Positions 31,784 to 41,634 are shown, counted from the stretch's first letter. The stretch is 64,000 bases of DNA from Hydrogenophilales bacterium 12-61-10 (GCA_002279795.1 NCCT01000012.1:8861-72860); one strand, 5' to 3'. A program made the numbers and translations. The notes: generated by a model from the sequence alone, not told the origin.

Positions 31784-33616
31784 ATGTGTGACACCTGCGG
31801 CTGCAACCTCACTCCCGGCAACAAACACCTCGCGTTCAAGCCCGTCGCCAAGGGCGCGACCGCCGTCTCCGTGCTGAAGGGCCTGCTGGCCAAGAACGAC
31901 GACCAGGCCGCGCACAACCGCGAGCACTTCGACAAGCGCGGCATCCTCGCGATCAACCTGATGTCGTCGCCCGGCTCCGGCAAAACCGCGCTGCTGGAAG
32001 CCACGCTCGTCGCGCTGAAAGACGAATTCACCTGCGCCGTGATCGAGGGCGACCTCGAAACCGAGAACGACGCCGAGCGCATCCGCGCCAAGGGCGTGCA
32101 GGCGCACCAGATCGTCACCGGCACCGCCTGCCACCTCGACGCGCATCTGGTGCACGACGCGCTGCATCACATGGCGCTCGACGGCGTCGACATCCTGTTC
32201 ATCGAAAACGTCGGCAACCTGGTCTGCCCCGCCAGCTTCGATCTCGGCCAGCACCTCAACGTCACCCTGCTCTCGGTCACCGAAGGCGACGACAAGCCAG
32301 CCAAATACCCGGTCATGTTCCGTGCCGCCGACGCCATGCTGCTGACCAAGACCGATCTGCTGGCCGTGCTCGACGACTTTGATCCAGACAAGGCCGAAGC
32401 GCACCTGCGCAATCTGGCCAACCCGGCGCCGGTGATGCGGCTATCGGCGCGCAAGGAACTGAACATGGAGGCCTGGTATGCCTGGCTGCGCGAGCAACTC
32501 GCCACCCAGCTTGCCCGTGTGGCGCAGGGCCAGTCGCGCCGCCCGAAAATCCACGCCCTTGAATTCGACCGCACGGTCAAGATCCTGAACGTGTGCGGTG
32601 GCCACGAGCGCTCGATCACCCACGCCGGTCTGCGCGGCGCACTGCCGAAATGGATCGAACTGGTACCCGGCCCAGGCTGCCCGGTATGCGTGTGTCCGGA
32701 GGAAGTCGTCTACCAGGCGATGCAACTGGCGCTGCAGGACAGGTGCATCCTGGTCGCTTTCGGCGACATGCTGCGGGTACCGGTCAACGTGAAGAAGGGC
32801 GAGGTGCGCTCGCTGGCCGAGGCACAGGCCGCCGGCGCGGATATTCGTCCGATCGCCAGCCCGCTCGATGCAAGGAAGATCGCACTGGACAACCCCGAGC
32901 GGCCGGTGGTGTTCTTCGCCGCCGGCTTCGAGACCACCACCGCGCCAGTCGCGGCGATGCTCGCCGAGGGCATACCCACCAACCTGTCGATCCTGCTGTC
33001 GGGCCGGCTGACCTGGCCGGCGGTGGCCATGCTGCTCGACTCCGGTACGCCCGGCTTCGACGCGCTGGTCGCGCCCGGCCACGTCTCCACCATCATGGGG
33101 CCGGAGGAATGGAGCTTCGTGGTCGACCGCCATGAAATACCCGCAGCAGTCGCCGGCTTCGGCACGGAGTCGCTGCTGGCGTCGTTCTATTCGGTGCTGC
33201 GCCAGCTCAAAACCGGCGAACGTTTTCTCGACAACTGCTACCGCGAAGTTGCCCATCCGGGCGGCAATCCCACCGCGCGCCGCATGCTCGAGCAAACCCT
33301 CGATGTCGTCGACGCCAACTGGCGCGGCATCGGCATCATTCCCAATTCGGGCTACGCGCTGAAACCCGCTTTCGCCAAGCACGACGCGCTCCTGCTGTAC
33401 CCCGACCACAGCGATCCCACCCGTCGCCGCGCCGGCGAAATGCCACCCGGCTGCGACTGCGCTCAGGTGGTGCTCGGCAAGATCTATCCCAACCAGTGCC
33501 GCATCTACGGCCTCGCCTGCACCCCGCGCAATCCGGTCGGCCCCTGCATGGTGTCGGACGAAGGCGCCTGCCGCATCTGGTGGGCGGGCGGTGTGCGCGT
33601 AGTGGCCGATGCCTGA
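31784..33616 (+). CDS. HypB-HypD fusion ORF
   Basis: HypB part: MCDTCGC, SSPGSGKT, ACHLDAH, ENVGNLVCP. HypD part: VCGGH, GPGCPVC, GFETT, PGHVS, GPCMVSDEGAC. One frame of 610 aa. Confidence 0.85.
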   Translation: MCDTCGCNLTPGNKHLAFKPVAKGATAVSVLKGLLAKNDDQAAHNREHFDKRGILAINLMSSPGSGKTALLEATLVALKDEFTCAVIEGDLETENDAERIRAKGVQAHQIVTGTACHLDAHLVHDALHHMALDGVDILFIENVGNLVCPASFDLGQHLNVTLLSVTEGDDKPAKYPVMFRAADAMLLTKTDLLAVLDDFDPDKAEAHLRNLANPAPVMRLSARKELNMEAWYAWLREQLATQLARVAQGQSRRPKIHALEFDRTVKILNVCGGHERSITHAGLRGALPKWIELVPGPGCPVCVCPEEVVYQAMQLALQDRCILVAFGDMLRVPVNVKKGEVRSLAEAQAAGADIRPIASPLDARKIALDNPERPVVFFAAGFETTTAPVAAMLAEGIPTNLSILLSGRLTWPAVAMLLDSGTPGFDALVAPGHVSTIMGPEEWSFVVDRHEIPAAVAGFGTESLLASFYSVLRQLKTGERFLDNCYREVAHPGGNPTARRMLEQTLDVVDANWRGIGIIPNSGYALKPAFAKHDALLLYPDHSDPTRRRAGEMPPGCDCAQVVLGKIYPNQCRIYGLACTPRNPVGPCMVSDEGACRIWWAGGVRVVADA

Positions 33617-35840
33617 ACGCGTCGCGCAGTTCATCACGATCGGCGGACGGGTGCAGGGCGTGGGCTTTCGGCCCTTCGTCTACCGACTCGCTCGCCAACA
33701 CGACATTACAGGCTGGGTGCGCAATGCAGACGGCAAGGTGGAAATCCATGCCGAGGGCGAGCCTACGCAATTGCAGTTATTCGGCGAGGCATTGCGGAAT
33801 GAAGCGCCGCCGCTGGCGGTGCCCGGCCCGCTTGCCGTTGCGCACTGCTCGACCAAAGGTACAAACGCGTTCGTCATCCTCGACAGCGCAACATCGACTC
33901 ATGCCGATATTCACCTGCCACCCGACGGCTTTGTCTGCGCTGACTGCCTGGCCGAACTGCACGACCCGGCCAACCGCCGCCACCGCTACCCTTTCATCAA
34001 CTGCACCCAGTGCGGCCCGCGCTACACGCTGATCACCGCCCTGCCCTACGACCGCCCCAACACGGCGATGCGCGGCTTCGCGCTGTGCCCGGTGTGCCGT
34101 CGCGAATACGAAAATCCGTTCGACCGTCGCTTTCATGCCGAACCGATCGCCTGCCCGGTGTGCGGGCCGCATCTGCAGTTTGTCTCGGAAGATGAAACAC
34201 TCGACGACGATGAAGCTGCGCTGGCTGCAGCCGTCGAGGCATTGCGCGCCGGGAAGATCGTTGCGGTGAAAGGCGTCGGCGGCTACCACCTGATGTGCAG
34301 CGCTGCGAACGACGAAGCAGTTACCACTTTGCGCGCCCGCAAACCCCGCCCGAGCAAACCACTGGCAGTAATGCTGCGCGACCTTGATGCCTTGCGCGCG
34401 GTGGCGCACACCACGCCGCAACTCGAAGATTTCCTGGCCTCGCCCGAGCGTCCCATCGTGCTGCTACAGAAGCGTGCTGGTTCAAGCTTGTCTCAACACA
34501 TCGCACCCGGCCTCGCGGAAATCGGCTGCCTGCTGCCCTACTCGCCGCTGCTCGATCTGCTACTGAACGATTTCGGCGGGCCGCTGGTGGCGACCTCGGG
34601 CAACCTCTCCGGCGAGCCGGTGCTGACCGACAGCCATGAAGCGCAGACCCGGCTCGCGCATCTCGCCGACGCTTTCCTGCACCACGACCGCCCCATCGTG
34701 CGGCCGGCCGACGACCCGGTGTATCGTGTCATTGCGGGCCGTCCCCGGCCGCTGCGACTGGGGCGCGGCACCGCGCCACTGGAACTCGAACTCTCCTTGT
34801 CGCTACCCGAACCCGTGCTGGCACTCGGCAGCCACATGAAAAATACGCTTTGCCTCGCCTGGGGCTCGCGCGCCGTTGTCTCGCCACACATCGGCGAGCT
34901 CGACTCACCGCGCAGCCTTGACATACTGGCGCAGGTGTCGGCTGACCTGCAGCGCCTGTATCAGGTGCAGGCAAGCCAGCTCATCGTCGACCGTCATCCC
35001 GGTTACGGCTACCGTCGCTTCGCGCGCGAAAGAGGATTGCCGCTGCCCGAAATCTGGCATCACCATGCTCATGCGTCGGCGCTGGCGTGGGAATTTCCCG
35101 CCGTGAAAGAATGGGTCGTGTTCACTTGGGACGGTGTCGGCCTCGGCGAAGACGGCACGCTGTGGGGCGGCGAGGCCTTCATCGGCGCGCCCGGCCACTG
35201 GCGACGCGCTGCCTCGATGCGCCCTTTCCGCCTGCCCGGCGGCGACAAGGCCGGACGCGAACCATGGCGCGCCGCGGCAGCGCTGCTGTGGGAGACGGGA
35301 CAGGCCGCGCCGTTCGCGCCCAAACCGCTGCATCAGGCATGGACGCACCATCTCAACAGCCCGGCCACGTCTTCGGTCGGCCGCCTATTCGATGCCGCCG
35401 CCGCCCTGTGCGGCGTATGTACCCATGCCAGTTTCGAGGGCGAAGGCCCGATGCGGCTGGAAGCCATCGCGGCCACTGCCGGCGGCGAAGCCATCCCGTT
35501 GCCGCTCGAACGCGACCTGACCGGTGTCTGGCGCAGCGACTGGGCGCCGCTGCTGTCCATGCTCGGCGACACCACGCGCCCGGCAGCCGAACGCGCAGCC
35601 GGCTTTCACCTCAGCCTGGCACAGGCGCTGGTCGATCAGGCCAAGCAGTTGCGTGCGCAATCCGGCATTCAGGCCATCGGCCTCACCGGCGGCGTGTTCC
35701 AGAACCGCGTTCTTGTCGAGGCCGCGATCGACTGTCTCGAATCTGCCGGCTTCAACGTACACCTGCCCAGATGCATTCCCGTCAACGACGCCGGCCTGAG
35801 CTTCGGCCAGGTCATCGAATTTATTGCTCAACAAACATGA
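33609..35840 (+). CDS. hypF: Carbamoyltransferase HypF
   Basis: GRVQGVGFRPF, zinc fingers, KGVGGYHL, HHHAH, PVNDAGLSFGQ. Confidence 0.95.
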   Translation: MPERVAQFITIGGRVQGVGFRPFVYRLARQHDITGWVRNADGKVEIHAEGEPTQLQLFGEALRNEAPPLAVPGPLAVAHCSTKGTNAFVILDSATSTHADIHLPPDGFVCADCLAELHDPANRRHRYPFINCTQCGPRYTLITALPYDRPNTAMRGFALCPVCRREYENPFDRRFHAEPIACPVCGPHLQFVSEDETLDDDEAALAAAVEALRAGKIVAVKGVGGYHLMCSAANDEAVTTLRARKPRPSKPLAVMLRDLDALRAVAHTTPQLEDFLASPERPIVLLQKRAGSSLSQHIAPGLAEIGCLLPYSPLLDLLLNDFGGPLVATSGNLSGEPVLTDSHEAQTRLAHLADAFLHHDRPIVRPADDPVYRVIAGRPRPLRLGRGTAPLELELSLSLPEPVLALGSHMKNTLCLAWGSRAVVSPHIGELDSPRSLDILAQVSADLQRLYQVQASQLIVDRHPGYGYRRFARERGLPLPEIWHHHAHASALAWEFPAVKEWVVFTWDGVGLGEDGTLWGGEAFIGAPGHWRRAASMRPFRLPGGDKAGREPWRAAAALLWETGQAAPFAPKPLHQAWTHHLNSPATSSVGRLFDAAAALCGVCTHASFEGEGPMRLEAIAATAGGEAIPLPLERDLTGVWRSDWAPLLSMLGDTTRPAAERAAGFHLSLAQALVDQAKQLRAQSGIQAIGLTGGVFQNRVLVEAAIDCLESAGFNVHLPRCIPVNDAGLSFGQVIEFIAQQT

Positions 35841-36841
35841 TCGACACCCGCATCCTTCTCGCACACGGCAACGGCGGCCGCCTGATGCGTGAGCTCATCG
35901 CCGACATTTTTGCGAAGCATCTAGGCAATCCGCTGCTCGACACCGACGCCGACGCGGTGACGCTGCCGCCGCTTGGCGGCGAACTCATGGTCACCACCGA
36001 CGGCTTCACCGTGCAGCCGCTGGAATTCCCCGGCGGCAATCTCGGCTCGCTGGCGGTGCACGGCGTGGTCAACGACCTCGCCGTGGCCGGCGCCGATCCG
36101 CGCTACCTCACGCTGTCGGCGCTGATCGAGGAAGGCCTCGAAGTCGCGCTGCTGGACCGGCTCATCGCCAGTTTCGCTGCTGCCGCACGGGAAAGCGGCG
36201 TCGCCGTGGTGGCCGGCGACACCAAGGTGGTGCGGCGCGGCGAAGGTGGCGGCCTCTATCTGTCGGTCGCCGGCATCGGCGTCAAGCGCGCGCAGGCGCC
36301 GCTCGACATTGCCTCCATCGCGCCCGGCGACGTGGTGCTGGTATCCGGCCCGGTGGGTGATCACGGCATCGCGGTGATGCTGGCGCGCGAGCAGTTCGGC
36401 TTGTCCGGAGAACTGCGCTCCGATTCCGCTTCGGTGCTGCCGCTGGCGCAGGCGGTGCGCGACCTGCCCGGCCTGCGCTTCATGCGCGACCCCACGCGCG
36501 GCGGGCTGGCCACCGTCGCCCACGAGATCGCGCGCGCTTGCGGCCATAGCGTGGTGCTGGAACAGACCGCGGTGCCGCTGCGGCCGGAAGTCGTTTCGGT
36601 GTGTGAAATGCTGGGGTATGACCCGTATTTTCTGGCGTGCGAAGGTCGCATCGTCGCCGTGGCCGATGCAGCAACGGCCCAGGAAATTCTCGTGCGCTGG
36701 CAGGCGCTGCCCGGCGGCCGCGACGCCTGCCTCATCGGCCGCATCGAAGCGGGCGACCGCCGCGTGATCCTGGAAACCGAGCTGGGCGGTCGCCGCGTGC
36801 TGGACGAACTGGAAGACGATCCGCTGCCGCGAATTTGCTGA
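35837..36841 (+). CDS. hypE: HypE
   Basis: LAHGNGG, TTDGF, AGDTKVV, MRDPTRGG, terminal PRIC. Confidence 0.95.
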   Translation: MIDTRILLAHGNGGRLMRELIADIFAKHLGNPLLDTDADAVTLPPLGGELMVTTDGFTVQPLEFPGGNLGSLAVHGVVNDLAVAGADPRYLTLSALIEEGLEVALLDRLIASFAAAARESGVAVVAGDTKVVRRGEGGGLYLSVAGIGVKRAQAPLDIASIAPGDVVLVSGPVGDHGIAVMLAREQFGLSGELRSDSASVLPLAQAVRDLPGLRFMRDPTRGGLATVAHEIARACGHSVVLEQTAVPLRPEVVSVCEMLGYDPYFLACEGRIVAVADAATAQEILVRWQALPGGRDACLIGRIEAGDRRVILETELGGRRVLDELEDDPLPRIC

Positions 36842-36987
36842 ATCGACTCAAGGCGAACCAGCCTCAATCCCCCGAACGGATTGAGCTGCCAATAGCAGCG
36901 TCGTTCAGGCGCCAGGAACGCAATGCCGAGGGATTGTCCCGCCCCAACGCACCGGGAATACACGCATCCTGATGCGAGGGTTCAGGC

Positions 36988-37941
36988 TCATGCCAGCCAG
37001 TTTTCCTTGAGCACGCCTTTTGATTTCAGGCCGATGCCGAGTTCCTTCTGCGCCTCGATCTGGATCTGGCGCACCCGTTCCCGGGTGACCTTGAGGTCCT
37101 TCGCCAGATCATCCAGCGTGTTGATTTTCTGATTGTTGAGTCCATAACGCCGCTCGATGACCCAGCGGTGCTTGTCGGACAGCTTTGCCAGCCTGTCCGC
37201 CAAAAACCGGTCAAGCTCGGCCTTGTACATGCGAACGTCCGGCGCCACGCAGTGCTCGTCCGCAATGGCATCGCCCAATGTCAGGTCGGGGTCGATATCG
37301 AGTGGCGCATCGAGTGGCAAAAGCGAGCGGTTCAATTGCATGACATTGCGGACATCCTCGGCGGACAGCCCCGTCTGGCTGGCGATGTCGGCTGGCTGGG
37401 GATCGGACATGCCCTGCTTTTCCAGCTTGCTGCGTGCACGCAGGCAGGTATTGAGCTGCTTGACCACATGGACCGGCAGGCGAATGGTGCGGGAGTGGTT
37501 CATCAGCGCCCGCTCGATGGACTGGCGAATCCACCACAGCGCATAAGTCGACAGGCGAAAACCGCGATCAGGATCGAATTTTTCGAGGGCATGCATCAAC
37601 CCCAGATTGCCTTCCTCGACCAGATCCAGCAGCGGCAAGCCGCGTCCCAGATAGCGCTTGGCAACATACACCACCAGCCGCAGGTTATGCGTGATCAGGA
37701 TTTCCCGCGCCTTCAAGTCGCCCTGCTTCATGCGCTGCGCATAGTCATGCTCATCGACGGCCTTCAAGACGGGAAGACGGCCGATGTCATCGAAGTAGCG
37801 TTGCGTGATGTCCTGTGCGTAGGCATCGTCTTCATGCGGCTCGATCGCAGCGCCCTCGCCCGCCGGAACGGCATCAGACTCGACCTTTTCCTCCCGTTCA
37901 CGAAAGGCTGTTTCGGGAAAAGCAAACTGTTCTGACCACAT
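36988..37941 (-). CDS. Second RpoS-like sigma-70 factor
   Basis: [45 protein letters not shown]; likely start MWSEQF after a purine-rich RBS. Confidence 0.88.
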   Translation of the reverse strand: MWSEQFAFPETAFREREEKVESDAVPAGEGAAIEPHEDDAYAQDITQRYFDDIGRLPVLKAVDEHDYAQRMKQGDLKAREILITHNLRLVVYVAKRYLGRGLPLLDLVEEGNLGLMHALEKFDPDRGFRLSTYALWWIRQSIERALMNHSRTIRLPVHVVKQLNTCLRARSKLEKQGMSDPQPADIASQTGLSAEDVRNVMQLNRSLLPLDAPLDIDPDLTLGDAIADEHCVAPDVRMYKAELDRFLADRLAKLSDKHRWVIERRYGLNNQKINTLDDLAKDLKVTRERVRQIQIEAQKELGIGLKSKGVLKENWLA

Positions 37942-38197
37942 GAAGACCCCCCTTGTATTTTTATCCGTTCGCTCAGCCACAGGTAAACCCATCGGGTGCC
38001 AGACCATTCGGATTTGATAAAGGGAGCTTATCCAGCCTGACGACGCCACATCATTCGTGTGGTTACTCAGTAAAACTACGTAAGCCGGGATTTACGAGGG
38101 CCAGTCGGGCATGCCAGAAAAATCCTGATACCCGGTTTTACGGGAGTAAACGCATCATGCGCCAACCCAGTGCGCGTGTCGTTTGATTCAGCGGGGC

Positions 38198-38216
38198 TGA
38201 TCACATGATGTGATCA
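38198..38216. promoter_or_regulatory. Palindromic operator-like site upstream of the second sigma gene
   Basis: tgatcacat-g-atgtgatca, a perfect 9-1-9 inverted repeat. Confidence 0.45.
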
Positions 38217-38262
38217 CTGTTAGTACTAGTCGCACATTGCCATTTCACAAGCCGGCACGCGT

Positions 38263-41200
38263 TCAGCTCACCCCGGCTTGGCTCGTAGCGGCCATCCTCT
38301 CGCTCAGAAAGGCTTTCAGGGCTGGCGCTGCGAGCGGCCGGCTGAACAGAAACCCCTGGGCTTCCTGGCAGCCTTCCTCACGCAGAAACGCCAGCTGCTC
38401 CTGCGTTTCGACCCCTTCGGCCAGAGTGCCCAGGCGCAGGCTGCGCGCCAGCTGGATCACCGCGCGAACGATGGCGGCGTCGTCCGGGTCGGTGCTGATG
38501 TCGCGCACGAACGAACGGTCGATCTTGAGTTTGTCGACCGCAAAGCGCTTGAGGTAGCTGAGCGACGAATAGCCCGTGCCGAAGTCATCGATCGACAGGC
38601 GAACGCCTAGAGCCTTCAGCCGCCGCACCGTATCGAGGGTGTTTTCCGCGTCCTGCAGCAGGATGGATTCGGTCAATTCCAGTTCCAGAAGATGGGGCGG
38701 CAAGCCGCTTTGTTCGAGCGCGCCCGCCACGCTGTCGACCAGGCCGGGACGGCGAAATTGCAGGGCGGACAGATTGACTGCAATGCCCAGCTCGGGCCAT
38801 CCGGACTTCCGCCAGGATTGCGCCTGGCGACAGGCCTCTTCCAGCACCCAGACGCCAATCGGCACGATCAGGCCGCAGTCTTCGGCGACGGGCATGAAAC
38901 GCGCCGGCGCGACTTCGCCCAGCTCCGGATTGTTCCAGCGCAGCAAGGCCTCCACTCCGATCACCTGGCCGCTGTCGATCGCCAGTTGCGGCTGGTAATG
39001 CAGGGAAAACTCGGCGCGGGTCAACGCCTGGTGCAGCCGGTTTTGCAGCAGCAGGTGCTCATGCGCCTGGACGTTCATCTGCTCGTCGTAGAAACGGTAG
39101 GCGTTGCGCCCTGCCTCCTTGGCGTTGTACATCGCGGTATCGGCTTTCTGCAGCAGACTGTCAAAGTCGCGGCCATCTTCCGGGACCATGGCGATCCCGA
39201 TGCTGCCGGAGGTATTCAGCACATGGCCGTCGATTTCCACGGGATCGGCCAGGCGCTGGAGAATTTCGCCCGCGATCCGCTCGACCGTTTCCTGATTCGG
39301 AATGTCGTTCAGCAGCAGGATGAACTCATCTCCGCCCTGGCGGCTGATGGTATCGCTCTCGCGCGTGCAGTGCGACAGGCGCTTCACCACCTGCTGCAGC
39401 AGCAAATCGCCCGAGGCATGCCCGAGGGTGTCGTTCACCACCTTGAAATTGTCGAGGTCTAGAAACAGCACCGCGATCCGGGTTTTGGCGCGTTCCGACA
39501 GGCTGAGCGCCTGGGCAAAACGGTCGCGCAACAGAACGCGATTGGGCAGGCCGGTCAGGGCGTCATGGTGGGCCAGAAACTCGATGCGCGCCTCCGCCTG
39601 CCTGCGTTCGGTAATGTCCTGGCAGGCGCCGTAGAGGCGGGTTTTTCCGGCTGCGTCCGACTCCATTGCCCGTGAATAGGCCCGGGCGTAGTGAATCGAG
39701 CCGTCCCGCGCCAGGATGCGCAGCTCGCATTCGCTGCGTTGCCCTGGCACGAGATAACGAATGTTGCGGTCGAATTCGGGCAGATCGTCCGGATGGACAA
39801 AATGACGCCAGCAACCCCGGGCCAGAATTTCGTCCAGCGTGTAGCCGAAAATCCGCTCCGTCGAGGCTGTCGCCCAGTCAATGGTGGCAAACCCGGCATC
39901 CGAGTGGATGCAGGAATACAGCAGGTCGGTCGCGACATTGGAAATCAGCCGGTAGCGCTCCTCGCTGACGCGCAGCGCCTGCTCCATGCGCTTGCGCTCG
40001 GTGATGTCGACAAAATTGACCACCGCCCCCATCAGTGCGCCATCGCGAAAAATCGGGTGCGACCAGTATTCCACCGGAAAACTGCTGCCGTCCTTGCGCC
40101 AGTGCACCTCGTTTTCAATATGGGTGGGCCTGCCCTCCAGGGTTGAGCAGCGAACATGGCACTGTTCGACGGGATAGGGCTGACCATCCGGGTAGGAATG
40201 ATGGATCAGCGGATGCATGTGCTTGCCGAGCAACTCGTCCTGCGTGTAGCCCAGCATCCTGAGACAGGCCGGGTTGACGAACGTGCAGATACCCCGGGTG
40301 TCGACGCCAAAAATGGCTTCGGGCGACGCCTCCAGCAACAGCCGGAACCGTTCCTCGCTCTGGCGTAGCGCCGTCAACGCGGCGCGGTGGCCGAACGCCA
40401 CGCCCAGATCGACGGCCAGTTTTTCCAGCAACAGCTGTTTTTCCTGTCCGAACGCATGGGGTTCGGCGGCATACACATTGAGTGCGCCGACCACCCTGCC
40501 CTGCACCCGCAGCGGCGTTGCCGCCGACGAGCGGTAGCCCTGAGCCCGGGCGCGCTGGCGCCACAGGGCAAACCGCGTGTTGTTTTCCGTGTCGTCGTTG
40601 AACACCGTGGCGCCAGTGCGGATGGCGGTTCCAGTCGGCCCCTGCCCCTGCGGCGAGTCGTCGCAGCGGACATCCAGCCGGGACAGGTAATCCTCGATAA
40701 AACCCGCTTCGGCCATCGGCCGTACGCGCACGCCATCCCGATCCAGCATGCCGATCCAGGCCATACGGAACAGACCGTCCCGAACCAGTTCCTGGCAAAT
40801 GCGTGCCATCAATTCCTGCTCGGGCAGATCCTGCATGAGCATTTCATTGACTGCGGCAATCGTCTGCAGGAACTGGTTGCGTCCCTGGACCAGCAGGGTC
40901 TCGCGCTTTTGCCGGGTGATTTCGTGCAGACTGCCCACCATGTGCAGTGGCTTGCCGTCGCTGTCGCGCGCCATCACCTCGCCATGGTTTTGCACCCAGA
41001 TCACGCTTCCGTCCGGGTGGCGGATGCGGCACTCGTACTCGAACGCGGCATGGCCGGCGAGGCAGTCCTGGATCGCTGCCATCACGCCATCGCGCTCGTC
41101 TTCATGCACGCAGTCCAGCGCGGTCTGCCAGGTGTGTTCGGATTGTTGCGGATCGAGCCCCATGAGTCGTGCCCACTGCGGGTTGTGCACGATGCGTCCG

Positions 41201-41568
41201 CTGCCCAGTTCCCAGTCCCAGACGCCCTCGCCGCTGATCGCCAGCGCGTAGGCCTGATGGTCCGAATGGGGAGATGAATCGTTCGTCTTCTCTGCCTTGC
41301 GCACGGCTGCGGGGTCGAGTCCCTGAGCCAGCAAGGCTTTGGCTGCCTGGCGGCGTGCTCTTGCCTGTTTGAGCGATACGTCGGGATACACCCCCAGCGC
41401 CAGCGTTTTGCGCTTGCCTTCAAACCGGTAATCGAACCGCCAGTAGCGCGATCCTGCGGGCTTGAGCAGCAAATACATGCCCCCACCGTCAGCCAGCTTG
41501 AGCGGCTTGCTGGCCGGCCTGGCGTTGCGGATCACGCTGACGGTGAGAGGGACTGCGGCACGCGCCAT
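38263..41568 (-). CDS. Integrase arm-type DNA-binding domain fused to PAS-GAF-PAS-PAS-GGDEF-EAL diguanylate cyclase/phosphodiesterase
   Basis: N-terminus LADGGGMYLLLKPAGSRYWRFDYRFEGKRKTLALGVYPDVSLKQAR; PAS ends DITER; HDALTGLPNR; RESD-x5-GGDEF; GVEALLRW; DDFGTGYSSL; AEGVET; QGFLF. Confidence 0.88.
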   Translation of the reverse strand: MARAAVPLTVSVIRNARPASKPLKLADGGGMYLLLKPAGSRYWRFDYRFEGKRKTLALGVYPDVSLKQARARRQAAKALLAQGLDPAAVRKAEKTNDSSPHSDHQAYALAISGEGVWDWELGSGRIVHNPQWARLMGLDPQQSEHTWQTALDCVHEDERDGVMAAIQDCLAGHAAFEYECRIRHPDGSVIWVQNHGEVMARDSDGKPLHMVGSLHEITRQKRETLLVQGRNQFLQTIAAVNEMLMQDLPEQELMARICQELVRDGLFRMAWIGMLDRDGVRVRPMAEAGFIEDYLSRLDVRCDDSPQGQGPTGTAIRTGATVFNDDTENNTRFALWRQRARAQGYRSSAATPLRVQGRVVGALNVYAAEPHAFGQEKQLLLEKLAVDLGVAFGHRAALTALRQSEERFRLLLEASPEAIFGVDTRGICTFVNPACLRMLGYTQDELLGKHMHPLIHHSYPDGQPYPVEQCHVRCSTLEGRPTHIENEVHWRKDGSSFPVEYWSHPIFRDGALMGAVVNFVDITERKRMEQALRVSEERYRLISNVATDLLYSCIHSDAGFATIDWATASTERIFGYTLDEILARGCWRHFVHPDDLPEFDRNIRYLVPGQRSECELRILARDGSIHYARAYSRAMESDAAGKTRLYGACQDITERRQAEARIEFLAHHDALTGLPNRVLLRDRFAQALSLSERAKTRIAVLFLDLDNFKVVNDTLGHASGDLLLQQVVKRLSHCTRESDTISRQGGDEFILLLNDIPNQETVERIAGEILQRLADPVEIDGHVLNTSGSIGIAMVPEDGRDFDSLLQKADTAMYNAKEAGRNAYRFYDEQMNVQAHEHLLLQNRLHQALTRAEFSLHYQPQLAIDSGQVIGVEALLRWNNPELGEVAPARFMPVAEDCGLIVPIGVWVLEEACRQAQSWRKSGWPELGIAVNLSALQFRRPGLVDSVAGALEQSGLPPHLLELELTESILLQDAENTLDTVRRLKALGVRLSIDDFGTGYSSLSYLKRFAVDKLKIDRSFVRDISTDPDDAAIVRAVIQLARSLRLGTLAEGVETQEQLAFLREEGCQEAQGFLFSRPLAAPALKAFLSERMAATSQAGVS

Positions 41569-41613
41569 GGGAGGTTTGAACGTAAGGGAACCGCTGTCAT
41601 GCTAATCCTGCCG

Positions 41614-41634
41614 ATGCCGTCATGTATACCGTCA
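41614..41634 (-). promoter_or_regulatory. Arm-site-like direct repeat TGACGGTAT-aca-TGACGGCAT
   Basis: Plus strand atgccgtca (41614-22) and ataccgtca (41626-34), 12-bp period, 46-66 bp upstream of the ATG. Confidence 0.5.

Noticed and set aside
35087-35836. Apparent 250-aa N-terminal extension of HypE
   Set aside because: It overlaps hypF in another frame; the true start is the ATG at 35837 overlapping the hypF stop
37942-38262. c-di-GMP riboswitch or sigma-54 promoter upstream of the second sigma gene
   Set aside because: No GEMM consensus and no correctly spaced GG-N10-GC found by eye; an Rfam scan would settle it
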